A DNA stretch of 64,000 nucleotides from Lingula anatina (Eukaryota > Animalia > Brachiopoda). The stretch covers positions 5,642,001 to 5,706,000 of the forward strand of contig CM120642.1 of assembly GCA_051362555.1 (NCBI GenBank), written 5' to 3'. This document shows, one piece after another, positions 1-11,875 of the stretch; position 1 is the stretch's first letter; each line of letters opens with the position of its first letter. The position numbers were made by a program, and so were the translations under genes. The notes beneath the pieces were generated by a model. The model was not told the DNA's origin. It did not search any database and worked only from the letters and a program-made list of their open reading frames with translations.

Positions 1-324
1 TCAGGCTGGAGAGGGAATTGCTGGCGCAATGTTATGAAATACTACTCAATTTGTCCTTTCGATCCCGAGGACTGCACAGGTAGTGGCCCTTACACAGGCG
101 TTTGGGGGAATTTTAAGAAGAATGGCCATTGCCGAGCGCCAAATTTCCTTCTCGCTCCCTGTGGAGAGAAAGGAAAACAGTATTGCATAGGGACAAAGTG
201 CAAGAGAACCAGCAGATCCGAACCTGGCCCCGTCAAATGCTCTAGGAGCACTAAGTACACGAAATGTCCTTGCCTAGGACCATGCGGAAAGGATATCCCC
301 ACCGTCTATGACAGATATGGATAA
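1..324 (+). CDS. 3' part of a cysteine-rich protein, paralogue of the secreted protein at 56256-56777 (5' end outside window)
   Basis: Frame is open from base 1 (SGWRGNCWRNVMKYY...). It aligns with the 173-aa protein with conserved Cys spacing, the GPYTGVWGNF block and the YDRYG C-terminus. The 3' flank 325-1055 matches the reverse complement of ~55474-56255. Confidence 0.85.
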   Translation, partial: SGWRGNCWRNVMKYYSICPFDPEDCTGSGPYTGVWGNFKKNGHCRAPNFLLAPCGEKGKQYCIGTKCKRTSRSEPGPVKCSRSTKYTKCPCLGPCGKDIPTVYDRYG

Positions 325-1309
325 ATCTAAGGTAAATACCGTCACGTGCATCAGTCGTTCGTATTGAAATTTAAACTGCCGCTTCCCATTGAAGTTCTTA
401 ACAAGATTAAAAACGAAATTCGAAAAGGATTTGGAATGAAGTTTAAAAAAGTTCGTATAATCTGATTTGTATTTAACCAAAAATCTTTTCATCTGGACGC
501 GTCAGAAAAAAAGTAATAAATCAAACGTGTTTTTAATAAGCTAAAACATTTTAACGTTGACCCGGAATAGATCCTGCAAGATATTCGTAATAGAGTTAAG
601 AAGTTTAGATATTCAAAATTTGAACGTGAAACATGAATTTTGTCTTACTTTGTAAAAAATCGTCTTTCAGGTGAAAATTCTAACGGGAGTCCATAGGGAG
701 TGAAGAAGCATTTTCAAACAGCAAAAACCTGAATGGACAAGTTTCTATCGGCTTGGAGCACAACACGAAAAAGTCAATCTGCATTGCAAGCATGGATCGC
801 ATTCACCTTTTATAATTATTAACGTTACGTGAACTGTGTTTTTAAATATATATATTTTGGTTCTGTCTGTGTATAAATATAAATAATATATGCATAAAAA
901 GGAATTGTAACAAAAATTCAAGCAAATAATAATTCATTTAGAAAGCATGCAGGATGGGCATACTATTATTCTGACCTACGAACAGAACAGTGACTTTGCT
1001 CCACTAATTTTTTTTTTCAATTACAAACTTCAGAAGATACACGTCAATATGTATAGGCCTAACGTGACGGTGCGATATATAACTTACGTGAAATGCTTTT
1101 ACAGTCTACCGTGGCAAGGAAGACATTAGGCCAGATAATACATGTACAATTACCTCAGTGTTTCTTCAAAAGGTCAATTTACTGTAAAAGGGGAGGATCA
1201 TCATGGAGTACCGCTTCTTTTGTCTAACACATGATTGTTTATAATCACACCAAAGTTTATCTCACCGCTTAGCTAGAATATTTTATGAGTAATTAAACTA
1301 GTACATCTG

Positions 1310-2282
1310 GGGCCTGTTTCACAAAGCAGTAGTTACTTAGAACAACTAACTACTGAACTACCTCGCTAACGAGCAAACTTAACGATTTTCGAGGGGTGTT
1401 TCACGAAGCAGTAGTTAACTTATCGCTACGTTCAGTCGTAAAGTTCAGTCGTTAGTTCTCTCGTTACTCACCGTAGTCTCCAAACCGTCTGCCGGAAGTG
1501 GAACTCTTGCGTAAAAGTGTCATATTGGATACAAAGACAAACGACAGACAACGTTTGTCTGGGGGCCAGGGGGCGTTTGTCTGGGGGCCAGGGGGCCAGT
1601 TTTACAAAGCAGTAGTTAGTTAACGATCGGTAGTTAGCCTCTCGCTAGTTATAGTGCCGTTTCACGAAGCAGTCGCTAGTTCTCTCGCTCGTCATTGTCT
1701 CGTTGTTGCCTTGGATATTTAACGACTGGTCAGACCAGTCGCTAACTCTAGAGTTTCATCGTACGCATGCGTAATGAGTGAAATAAAAAGGTTGCTTAGT
1801 TACCGTTGTCTGTCGTTTGTCTTTGTATCCAATATGGCGGCTACCTTTCTTGCTATCCGTACCGCCAGACGGCAACGTAGACTACGACGTTTTCATGAAA
1901 GGCAGAATCTATTAGAATATACATGTACACACGATGATGCAATTTACGAGAGGTTGCGCCTAGCTGTGACAAAAAGAGCGGCAAAAAGGTGGTGGAGATC
2001 CTTTACGACGACCTCAAAGCAGACGTTCTTATGCATTTCCAGCCACCAAAAATTGGAGAGTTAGTGCTTTCGTGACACTTTTACGCAAGAGTTCCACTTC
2101 CGGCAGACGGTTTCGAGACTACGGTGAGTAACGAGAAAACTAACGACCGAACTTTACGACTGAACTTAGCGATAAGTTAACTACTGTGTGAAACACCCCT
2201 CGAAAATCGCTAAGTTTGCTCGTTAGCGAGGAAGTTCAGTAGTTAGTTGTTCTAACTAACTACTGCTTTGTGAAACCGGCCC
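1310..2282. mobile_element. Harbinger-derived non-autonomous element(s): deleted copy ~1593-2282 plus inverted partial copy 1310-1553
   Basis: Termini GGGCCTGTTTCACAAAGCAG / CTGCTTTGTGAAACCGGCCC flanked by CTG (1307-1309, 2283-2285). A remnant MAATFLAIRTARRQRRLRRFHERQNLLEY..DDAIYERLRL from 1834 resembles a HARBI1-type transposase N-terminus. A third partial end lies at ~2845-2957. Confidence 0.75.
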
Positions 2283-2284
2283 CT

Positions 2285-2800
2285 GGGCCGTATTCTCAAA
2301 ACTTTGTAACTTACAACAATTTGCAACTATTTACGTGAACACGGTATTCTCGAAACTCTTGTTAGTCGTGGACTTACAAATTCTTGTAACCTTTCACGCA
2401 ACTTTCCGAACGTGACGTTTGGTCCATGATTAACCCACAACGACGTATTCCACTCCCGTCCGTTGCGTCGATAAAACGCTTATTTAGACATAAAAGTCTC
2501 TAGAAATATATTGAAAATTGTTCAGAAAGACGTTTCCCTACATTTTCTTTCAGGTTTTCATCGGAAAATTCACTCATTTTAAATGAGTTTCCTCCGACAC
2601 GTAAGCTCAAGAATCGGATTTGGCTCCTCTTGTGGGATTCCCTCAGCTGGGATTCCCCAAGTTTGCCGCTAGCGAAAAGCGCTTTAATTCATCAAATTTG
2701 CAATGACAACGTTCAAAGATACTTCCTAAAGTAAAAATCATATTGAACACAATAACTGAACACATTGCTTTTCAATTACAAAACACATAATGAATAGATG
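2285..2800. mobile_element. Inverted partial copy of the right end of the Harbinger shell 3418-21776
   Basis: GGGCCGTATTCTCAAAACTTTGTAACTTAC... is the reverse complement of 21776 backwards. Similarity continues through 21470-21776 and ~19350-19540. Confidence 0.75.
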
Positions 2801-3171
2801 ATTACAGTTTGAAACGGTACACAAATGATTTTAATCTGGATCAGGGGCCGGTTTCACAAATCAGTAGTTACTTAGAACAACTAACTACTGAACTACCTCG
2901 CTAACGAGCAAACAGCGATTTTTGAGGGGTGTTTCACGAAGCAGTCGTTTCACGAACCATTAAATTTGCAAAAATCTATAAAACAATTCTCTAGTAAGCT
3001 GGTTGCATACCATACTGTGGAATATGTAGGGTACATTTATACATATTGAATAAAGAATGTAAACATGATATTCTCTTTTGTTTTGAGGGACCAGTGACTA
3101 TTACCAATTTTGCCAAAGATCCAACAATATATAAAAAGCTGTAAAAATATTCAAAGCAGTTAATATGAATT

Positions 3172-3328
3172 TCTATAGGTTCCTATAAGATTTCCTATAG
3201 GATCCTATAAGATTTCCTATAGGATCCTATAGGATTTCTTATAAGATTTCCTATAGGATCCTATAGGATATCCTATAGGAAATCTTATAGGATCCTATAG
3301 GAAATCCTAAAGGAAATTTTCGTAAGGG
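3172..3328. repeat. CCTATAGG/CCTATAAG minisatellite ending in a CGTAAGGG terminus (probable MITE end)
   Basis: A dozen or more degenerate 9-12 bp units built on the palindrome CCTATAGG. Related units occur at ~24255-24315 and ~24420-24450. Confidence 0.7.
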
Positions 3329-6300
3329 CAGATAACGATCGGCAGTTAAGGCCGATTTTATCTCTTAACCAGGTGTGCAGCGGCTATTTACAAAAGCCTG
3401 TAAAGGATATCGACCAGGGGCCGTATTCTCGAAAGGTTGTAACTTACAAATTCTTGTAACTTTTCACGTAAGTCCGATCGTTCACGTAAGTTGGTATTCT
3501 CGAAGGTTTGTAAGTTACAAAGTCTTGTAAATATGCACGTAAATTTACAACTGCCTCCGACCTGTTGTAAGTCGCCACAAAAAGTTGTACGCATGCGCAT
3601 TTGGTGAAAAGTCGGGGAGAAAGTGTTGTCTGTGGGAATTTTATGCTCGTGTTTATTGTCGGATATTTTTGACAGCAAGTAAAATTATTTAACTTTGGAT
3701 GTATTATTATCAGCGAGAAAGGTTCGCCTTTCGGATATTTCAGGTTAGTTGCCTAAAGTTAACGATTTAGATGAGAACAATACGTTTCTGTCGATCGCGC
3801 AATGGCAACATGGCAGTTTGGTAGGGTGTCCGAATTTTTAAATTAAAACGAAAACTAACATTTTTTAAAGCACGTGAAATAACTATAAGTGTTGTGAGAA
3901 AGCCAAGTTAATAAGCTTTTTGGCGATATAAAGCAGTTAAGTTGTTACTAAAAATTAATCAATTGAGCCGCGGCTTAATTTCAGATTTTGAATCTTCCGA
4001 CTTTTTTAGGATGAAGATACATGTTTAGTCAGTGAATAAATCAAAATTATACCAACACACCAAGTTTAATAGATGGAGTTTTGTTCGGAAGAAAATTATC
4101 TTTCAACTGATGTATAATGTTTACTGTCATTGTATTATTTACAGAAATTCTGTGAGATTTTTTCGTGAAGGTGTGTCTGAAAATCGCCATTTTTATCGGC
4201 AATTCATTGACTCAGGTTCTTACGTCTCTATTCCATACACCGGCTCATATGACGGTTATTTTGGAGAATCTTAGATTGGGCCTCGTTTTCAAAACTTGAA
4301 GCGGCGGCCATATCCAATTTGGCGGGAGGAGCAGGCATAGAGACAGGTAAGATGAACAGACGTTTACACGCTGATATATTGATAATTTTACTAATGCACT
4401 TGACAGAACGATAAAGTATATTCTCAAGCTATATTTTTTATACCAAAGTAGTGTTCAAGTATCGGTTTCACTGAATCTTTTATCAAGTTACTGTCGTGTT
4501 CCAAAATGGCGGCACACAGAACCGAAATGTAAACACGTTCTTTTGAATTGTGCCAAATGCAGATGAAGGTGATTTTTCTTTGTCTGTTCAGTTTTTTTTT
4601 ATAGTGTGACATTTGTTTTTGAATATGTTAAAATTTTAGGAAGGAACCTAACCTGCAACTTATCGATTTTCTACATGTACGACAGGCAGTATATTTTGCA
4701 ATGTTCCAACTAACTACAGCAGCAGTCTCGTGTTACATCTTGAATGAATGTCGAAGTTTAATAATGAATTCTTGTCTTTTTATGCATTTCTTGTTTTTTT
4801 TGAAGTTAACTAGATTAAATTTACTTCATGAAATGAAAAAATGAAAAATGAAAAAATACAGAAAATGTAATATTATCCATGAAAAGGAGTTAAACTTATA
4901 CAAGAATGTCCAATAAATAATAGGTTTATCTACCTTTTTTACTTTCCATGACCTTGATCATTGACAGTACAAAGGCTTATATTAAGCTATCATAATAAGG
5001 TATCAGTATTACACAGCTGAAGATATATATATATATATATACTGCCAAATATAGTGAAGCTTTTAATAAGTCTGTTGGAATATATCTTGAACATATTTTT
5101 TATTTTATATTTGTGAAAGATACAAAATTGAAAAACAATCACAAGCATCTTTTCAAATATATGAATAACAAATTTTAACTTTTCACATGTTTACTTCTTT
5201 GTCAGGAGACAAATGTATGATATCAACATGAGTGAAATTTTTTTTCTCTTAAATGAGTTTTATTTCTTACATTACATATTGCAACCTTCATTGGTTGACC
5301 ATTTTCAATAGATAAACACTTTGCATAATAAAATGCCAGTATTACATTGTGTGTTTTCAAAATGCAAATTTTTGTTATAAGGAAAAGTTTATTTTTGTTA
5401 AAAATCTCCCCTGCACAAACCTGCAAAAACATGGGTTATAAGTTTGTGAAGGAGAATTGTTTCATGAAAAAAGAACATTATATTTGCAAAATTCCTCCTT
5501 TGTTTTAATTTTTAAATTTGTGTATTTTATGAAACAAAATGTACCAGTACAATAATTAGTGTATGGTAGTTGTGAACACTCTAGTTTGTATTTCCTAAAC
5601 TCTTCAGGGCTTCATCTAAATGGGATCTTAATTGATTTAAAGATACGCATGTTTGCCACAGTTCAGCTCCTGATGATGAGCTTTGTTTATCTATACTGAT
5701 ACACTTTAAGAGTAAAAAGTGCTATTTAAGATAATTCAATTGTTACCAGCTTCCCAAATAAATTACCAAAATTGTGATTTATTACTTATATTGATTTTAG
5801 TGTGTATTGTTGTTGTTGTTGTTGTTTTGTGTGTGTGTAAAAAGATATATGCAATTACAAAAGTTCCTGTAAAACTTTTTAATATTTAATCATATATTTT
5901 TCTAGGCTTGAAGAACATGAATGGGACCAGGACAAATTCTTTTTCCAATTCCTTGGCCTGCAGTTTTTATGACAGAATCACCTATCATTTCCAAATACTG
6001 TGTGGCAGTGAGCACCATCACAACCTCTGACATTCTTTTAAAGACTGAAAAATATTTTTGTGCTGTGCTAGCTGTTGCTAATAATAATATTTATTGATCA
6101 TCAGTATTACTACATTTGTCATATATTTTACCAGTATATGTGAACCATGCACCATAGGTAAGGTATGCTAAGTTTAGCTTTTGCATACATGACATGCCTT
6201 GTAGACAGAAATTTACACTTATAAAAATAAATTCAAATGCAAGTATGGATTGGTACAGGACTAACTGGGTATCGGTGAAAAAAACTGCTGACCCAAGGTA

Positions 6301-6648
6301 AATTTATAAAATAATATTATTATTAATATTGATCCTGTTTTTAAAAGGAGTGGTGTGTTTGTTGGTTAACTGTATGTACTGATTAATAAGTGTAAAATAA
6401 TCGCCATATTGATGTGTTGCTAAAATAAAAAAAAAATTTTGCCACAAATAAACGTGTATTACATGTATGAAAATAAAATATAGCAAATTGAATTGATGTA
6501 TCTTTTGTTTCGATTTTTCGTTTTTTCATAAAAAAAGGAACTCTTATTAGTTGGCCTCATATATAATAAATAAATGCTTATTTATAAAGAAAAAATATGA
6601 AATGTTTATTTTCCTCCATTCTTCCTGTGCCAGCTTCATTTGACTATA

Positions 6649-6932
6649 CCCGCACGAAAATGCAGTAGTATCGAAGTAGCAAAGAAGCATTAACGCAGTA
6701 GTGGTGTGGAGCATATTTGCAGTAGAAATGCAGTATAGCCTACTGCAATTCTACTTCAAAAATTACATAGGGTTGTACAGAGGAGGAGCATTAATGCAGT
6801 AGATTAGCAGCATGATAGAAGCATGTTTCAAATATGCTAATTAGCTCCCACATCGAAGCAGATTTGAAGCATGTTTGCAGTATGATTGCAGTAGTCTACT
6901 GCGCTGGAGTATCTACTTCGTTTTCGTGCGGG
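6649..6932. mobile_element. MITE with CCC termini and TA TSD (CMC/EnSpm-like)
   Basis: TIR CCCGCACGAAAA..GTAG / CTAC..TTTTCGTGCGGG with TA on both sides. Absent from the paralogous site at ~42285-42295. Confidence 0.85.
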
Positions 6933-7874
6933 TATAGACAATCATGAGCGGCGGAAAAACCAAAACGAGGTCAGAATACCAACAGAATGTACTGAGTCAA
7001 AACGAGGCTGGTACACGGTTGTTGCAAGGAAGACATTTTTTGCATACACGGGTGTGAATTGATTTGTTCCATTCCTGGATGAAGGTAAAGTTCCTTACAT
7101 GCTTACATTTACAGAAAGCTGAATAAATTTGCCACAGCTTACTGGTAATTTGAAATTGGAACCTGGGGCGGTATTCTCGAACGTTTTCGACGTCGAAATT
7201 TTTTCGTCTTCGATTCGTTAAAAAATTCGTGAACGATTCGTGGTATTCTGGAAGCTATCGAAACGAATACGATTCGAAAACGAATCGAATCCTTGTCGAA
7301 ATCGTGACCTAATTCCAGACTCGGAACTCTCCTCTCTCATGAGGCGAGAAAATACATCTAAATAAAGGATTGGAGCGAGCAGTTTCCTCATAAAACTCTT
7401 AATTATCACAATTCATAACAGGAAATAAAGTCTTGTGTGCTTTAACAATTTATTTTATTGTTTCTTAAAGATAATTCAAGCAAAAGATTTATTATTTAAT
7501 ATCCGACTACTACGTCTTTCCGTGTTTTGCGCCGGCTTTTTCTCCCTTTTTAAGTAGGTCAAACTAGGAATTCCCGGCGCGATTTTGTCCGCGGGAATTA
7601 CCCTGGAAAAGTGCTTCGACATGGGCGGAATCCCCCCCAATTTTCTCGTTATTGAAACGGTGACATTAAAAAGAAATCATACAGATATTTCACAATATAC
7701 TTCAACTATTAAAATAAATGAACTTTCGTTGTTGTCATTTTGTTTGTTCGTTTATTCTTCCAAAAAACACACCATCTCTGAGTGTCAAAAAATGAAGGTA
7801 AATCTAACCCAATCAGATGCCGGCGTGACAGTATAAAAGCCTTGGCGCAGTTTTTCCCGGCGCCAGAAGTGAAG

Positions 7875-8121
7875 ATGGAGCAGTGTAAAAAGCGAGTGAA
7901 ATTCTCTAGCGAAGAGGTTGAAGTTTTAGTTGATGAAGTAGAAAAGAGGAAAAGCATTTTATTTAGTAAATTTTCTACAACAGTAACCAATGAAGCCAAG
8001 ATGAAAGCTTGGGGAGAAATCACTAGAAGGTTTGTGTCCATTTTTTTAAAATTAAAAGCACTAAAATAGGAGACTTGAATATTGATATATATATATATAT
8101 TTATTTTTTAATTCTATGCTT

Positions 8122-8179
<58 letters not shown>

Positions 8180-9621
8180 GGGTCATTACATCATTATGCA
8201 TACCAGCAGCATACTGAAGAGAATTGGAAACATTAAATGTTTGTTTTGTTATAGCAGAAAAAAATTGTAATATCTGTTTGATTTTCAGAGTCAATGGTGT
8301 AGGGATAGAGAGGAAAGAGGTAAAAGATATCAGAAAAAAATGGTCTGATTTTGCGAGCTGCACCAAGAAGAAGGAAGCAGAGAGGAGGAGGGAAATCAAC
8401 AAGACTGGTGGTGGGGGATGTCAAATCACCCTAACTCCAATACAAGAAAAGGTAAAATAATGTTCGAAAATTTATTTATTTATTTATTTATTTATATATA
8501 TATATATATTACATGCATACATATATAAATTGTTTTCATTTATTACATATAAAATGATTGATGACTATTATTTGTACTTTTGTTTTAGGTTGTGTCAATT
8601 ATAGGAGAGACAGCGATTAGTGGCTTTCAGGGAGGAATCGACACTTTCGAGCAGAGTCAAAATGGCAAGTATACCAAAGTTATCATTCATCTTTAATTTT
8701 AATTATTTTAGTATTACATTATATTCAACCATTTTTATGAAAAATTCACATATAATAATTAATAAGCGTGAAAAAAATATCAATTTTATGTTTACAGCTC
8801 AAACAATCACTACAAATGATGATGAGGATGATGCCCTCAACAGACATTGGAGAATGGAATTTTTGAATGAAAGTAAGTTTTATTATTATACATTCTGTAA
8901 TCTTAAAAAATAATATTTGAGCTACTCTTTCCTCCTTTATAGACATATGTTCAGTACCTTTTAACACTTATACCATCGCTATGCATGATGGCAGTGTTTC
9001 TAAATGGCAAAGTAAGATGCTGAATTTGAATAAAAGTCTATTCTGGAGATACATTTTTCAGACATCAACTCAGGGGAATATGACATGATAGTTCCAGGGA
9101 CACATGAGACAAGCCATCTAAGAGAAGAGCCAGAAGGTATTCTATTAATACCAGTGATCTTAAGACTTATTTTCTATATGCATAGAACAATCTTATTACT
9201 AAATTTTTAACATAAGTTATTTTTGTTACCAAAATAAATGTTATGTTTTTGTTAATTTTTTCAGAAATCCCAGATACATGTACAGTGCCACAAAGAAAAA
9301 TATCAAGGAAGACAAGTAAGAATTTTTAAATATAACTTCAATAATAACCAGAGGAGCACACATAAATTGATGTACACATTAATTGAAATGTGTTCGATAA
9401 GCAAAAGGTGATTTAAAAAAAAATGATTTGTATTACATTTTTCAGAGGAATGCAGACTGGACAGAGTGGTAGATGTTGAATCAGAGAAACTGTTGTGTTT
9501 AAAAAGGTTGGTGGAAATAGAAGAGGAAAAGTTACAGTTGAAGAAGGAAGTGTTTCAATTTAAGAAAATGAAATGGGAGGCAAAGGTGGCCCAAATGAAT
9601 TTACAAACAATGCTAGAATGA
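7875..9621 (+). CDS. Harbinger Myb/SANT-like DNA-binding protein (MSANTD/NAIF1-like), about 8 exons
   Basis: Exons 7875-8029, 8289-8451, 8589-8664, 8798-8872, 8943-9011, 9062-9135, 9265-9315 and 9446-9621 splice in frame. Motif KRVKFSSEEVEVLVDEV..AWGEI..KKWSDF, with a C-terminal coiled-coil-like segment. Confidence 0.85.
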
Positions 9622-10160
9622 ATGCTAATAAATATTTATTTACATGTGCATGGCTCCTAGTTGTTTTATGCAATAACTTGCAAAATGAAAGGGTTTTGAA
9701 ATTAAATAAAAAAATCCCATTGACCATTTTACTGATTAAAAAATCTTGGAAATATGAATGTTGGCGTTTATAACATAAATAGGTAAAAGAGAAATAGATT
9801 TTTTATAGATCATAATAAAGATAAACAATTTGAATCTTAAATCTTAATTTGTCCAGTAGAATTTATAATACAAAAAGATAAATATGAGGCTACTCAAAGA
9901 AAATGAAATAAACTTATAAAATCAAGTAATGTGAAAGTTAGAAATGTCACTCCTTCACTCAATTTAAAAAGTCATTTATACAACAGATGTCAAATACATA
10001 TCTGCTTTCATCACCAACACGTTTCATTGTAAGAAATCGTTAAATTTCAATAATTTTGGCATAGCTTTTCTGAGAAGGTTTGTTGGTGGGTAGTCCTGAA
10101 AAGGACAATTTGATTCCAACTCCCACCGTAATTGGAAAACGGCTTAGAGGTGGACTACCT

Positions 10161-10417
10161 CTAAGCAAAGCGCTCATTAATGAGTCGCTCTCGACACTGG
10201 ACCCCATCAGCTGGGTACTCCCCCACATGCACATCTAGACATTGTTGAACACCAGCCTCCACCTCAACATCAGGCATCCCTTCCCTGATGCAGAAATTGT
10301 GTAGCTTGCAACATGCCAGAATGATGTTGGCACTGGCCTCTGGGGAATACATCAGGCACCCTCCTGACTTGTGAAGGCACCTGAAAGCATTGAAAAATAA
10401 AGTATTGTTGAAGGCAG

Positions 10418-10516
<99 letters not shown>

Positions 10517-11875
10517 TTTGTGAAAAATGACATGAAATATGATGATAATAACTATGATGATACTAGGAACAATAAATTAATTAATTGTTAACTTTTACAA
10601 TATTGTTGAAGGCAGATTGATAATAACAGTAATAATACTAGGAATGATAAAATAAATGTTTTAACTTTTAGATAGAGAAATAAATAACACACAAAGAAAG
10701 ACATGCATAAAACTAAATAACATTACTAACACATTAAAATGAAAAAACAAATCACCTGAAGCGGCTCTTTAGAACACCAAAAGCACGCTCAATGAGATTA
10801 CGGGTCTTCATATGTGCTGCATTGTATGCAGCATCCGCAGTTGATGCCACATGTAATTTTGGGGTCATCAGCCAAGGCCTCAACACATATGCTGAGTCTC
10901 CGAGTATAAACCCAGGGGGCATGTCCCCTGACTCAAATGCTGTCCCCAGGCCAGACTGCCTCCATACAAATGAATCATGTGTGCTGCCCGGAAACTGGCA
11001 TACAACATTAGTAAACCTGAAAAACAAGACAACACTTAGTGATTTTCCTATGAAATTAATTTTTTGGGGTTCAAGTAACTTTCATAAATAGGTCAAAATT
11101 TACAGTTTTTCTACTATATTGATTATATATAAAAAAAATCACAAATCAAATTGTCTGGGCTTTTAATAATAAATTGTTATTTTGTTTTAATATCTGACTG
11201 GTAAACAATAAAATCAATTCTAAGTTTTTTCCCTAAATTCTTCCTATAATAAAATACTTTGTCAGTTTTTTTCTTAATGTACTGTAGATCTTTGTAAATA
11301 TGAATAAAAAATACTTACAAGAGACGGGCATCACACACTGCCTGAACATTAATGGCATGATACCCCTTCCTACACACGTACAGGTATTCATCATCATGGG
11401 GAGCCAGTATGGGGACCATGGTTCCATCCAGGCATCCCAGAACTCTGGGAAACCCAGCGACCCTGAAGAACTCTTGCTGTGTTCTTCTCACATCCACTGG
11501 GTCATGTGGGAAAGACACAGCAAGTTCAGGGTCGTCTGATGCAGCGATTGCAGCTGCCACAGCAGAGATTGCCCTTGAAGCCGCCGGCTGACTGATACCG
11601 TGCAGGTCACCGATTGCTGACTGAAAGGTCCCAGTGGCAAAAAACCTTAAGGCAGTCAGAACCTGCTGCAACGGTGTCAGTGCCTTTGACCTCTTGGTTG
11701 GTCTCTCTAGGCCACCTCCAATCAACTGCACCAGTTTCTGGATCCCCCGTTTGTTCAGGCGATACCTGGATACAACCTCCTCGTCAGTCAATGAGTCCAA
11801 AGGATCGCTAGGGCGCTGCGCCACCACTCTCCTTCCATTTCTTCCTCGCCCGACTAGCAGAAGATACGCAGCCAT
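10161..11875 (-). CDS. HARBI1-like DDE transposase, 3 exons (~345 aa)
   Basis: Exons 11319-11875, 10756-11016 and 10161-10380 join in frame. Motifs GCLDGT, GSTHDS, LGDSAY, YNAAHMKTRNLIERAFGVLKSRFRCL and ACCKLHNFC. Confidence 0.93.

Noticed and set aside
7782-7874. Longer N-terminus for the Myb protein (MSKNEG...)
   Set aside because: It starts at GTG. The AAGATGG ATG at 7875 is the plausible eukaryotic start, directly before the domain.
10270-10533. ORFs with IYIYIY or poly-Y/poly-K runs (also 18767-19003, 61209-61616, 61855-62079)
   Set aside because: These are translations of (TA)n, (TAT)n or poly-T tracts, mostly within introns.
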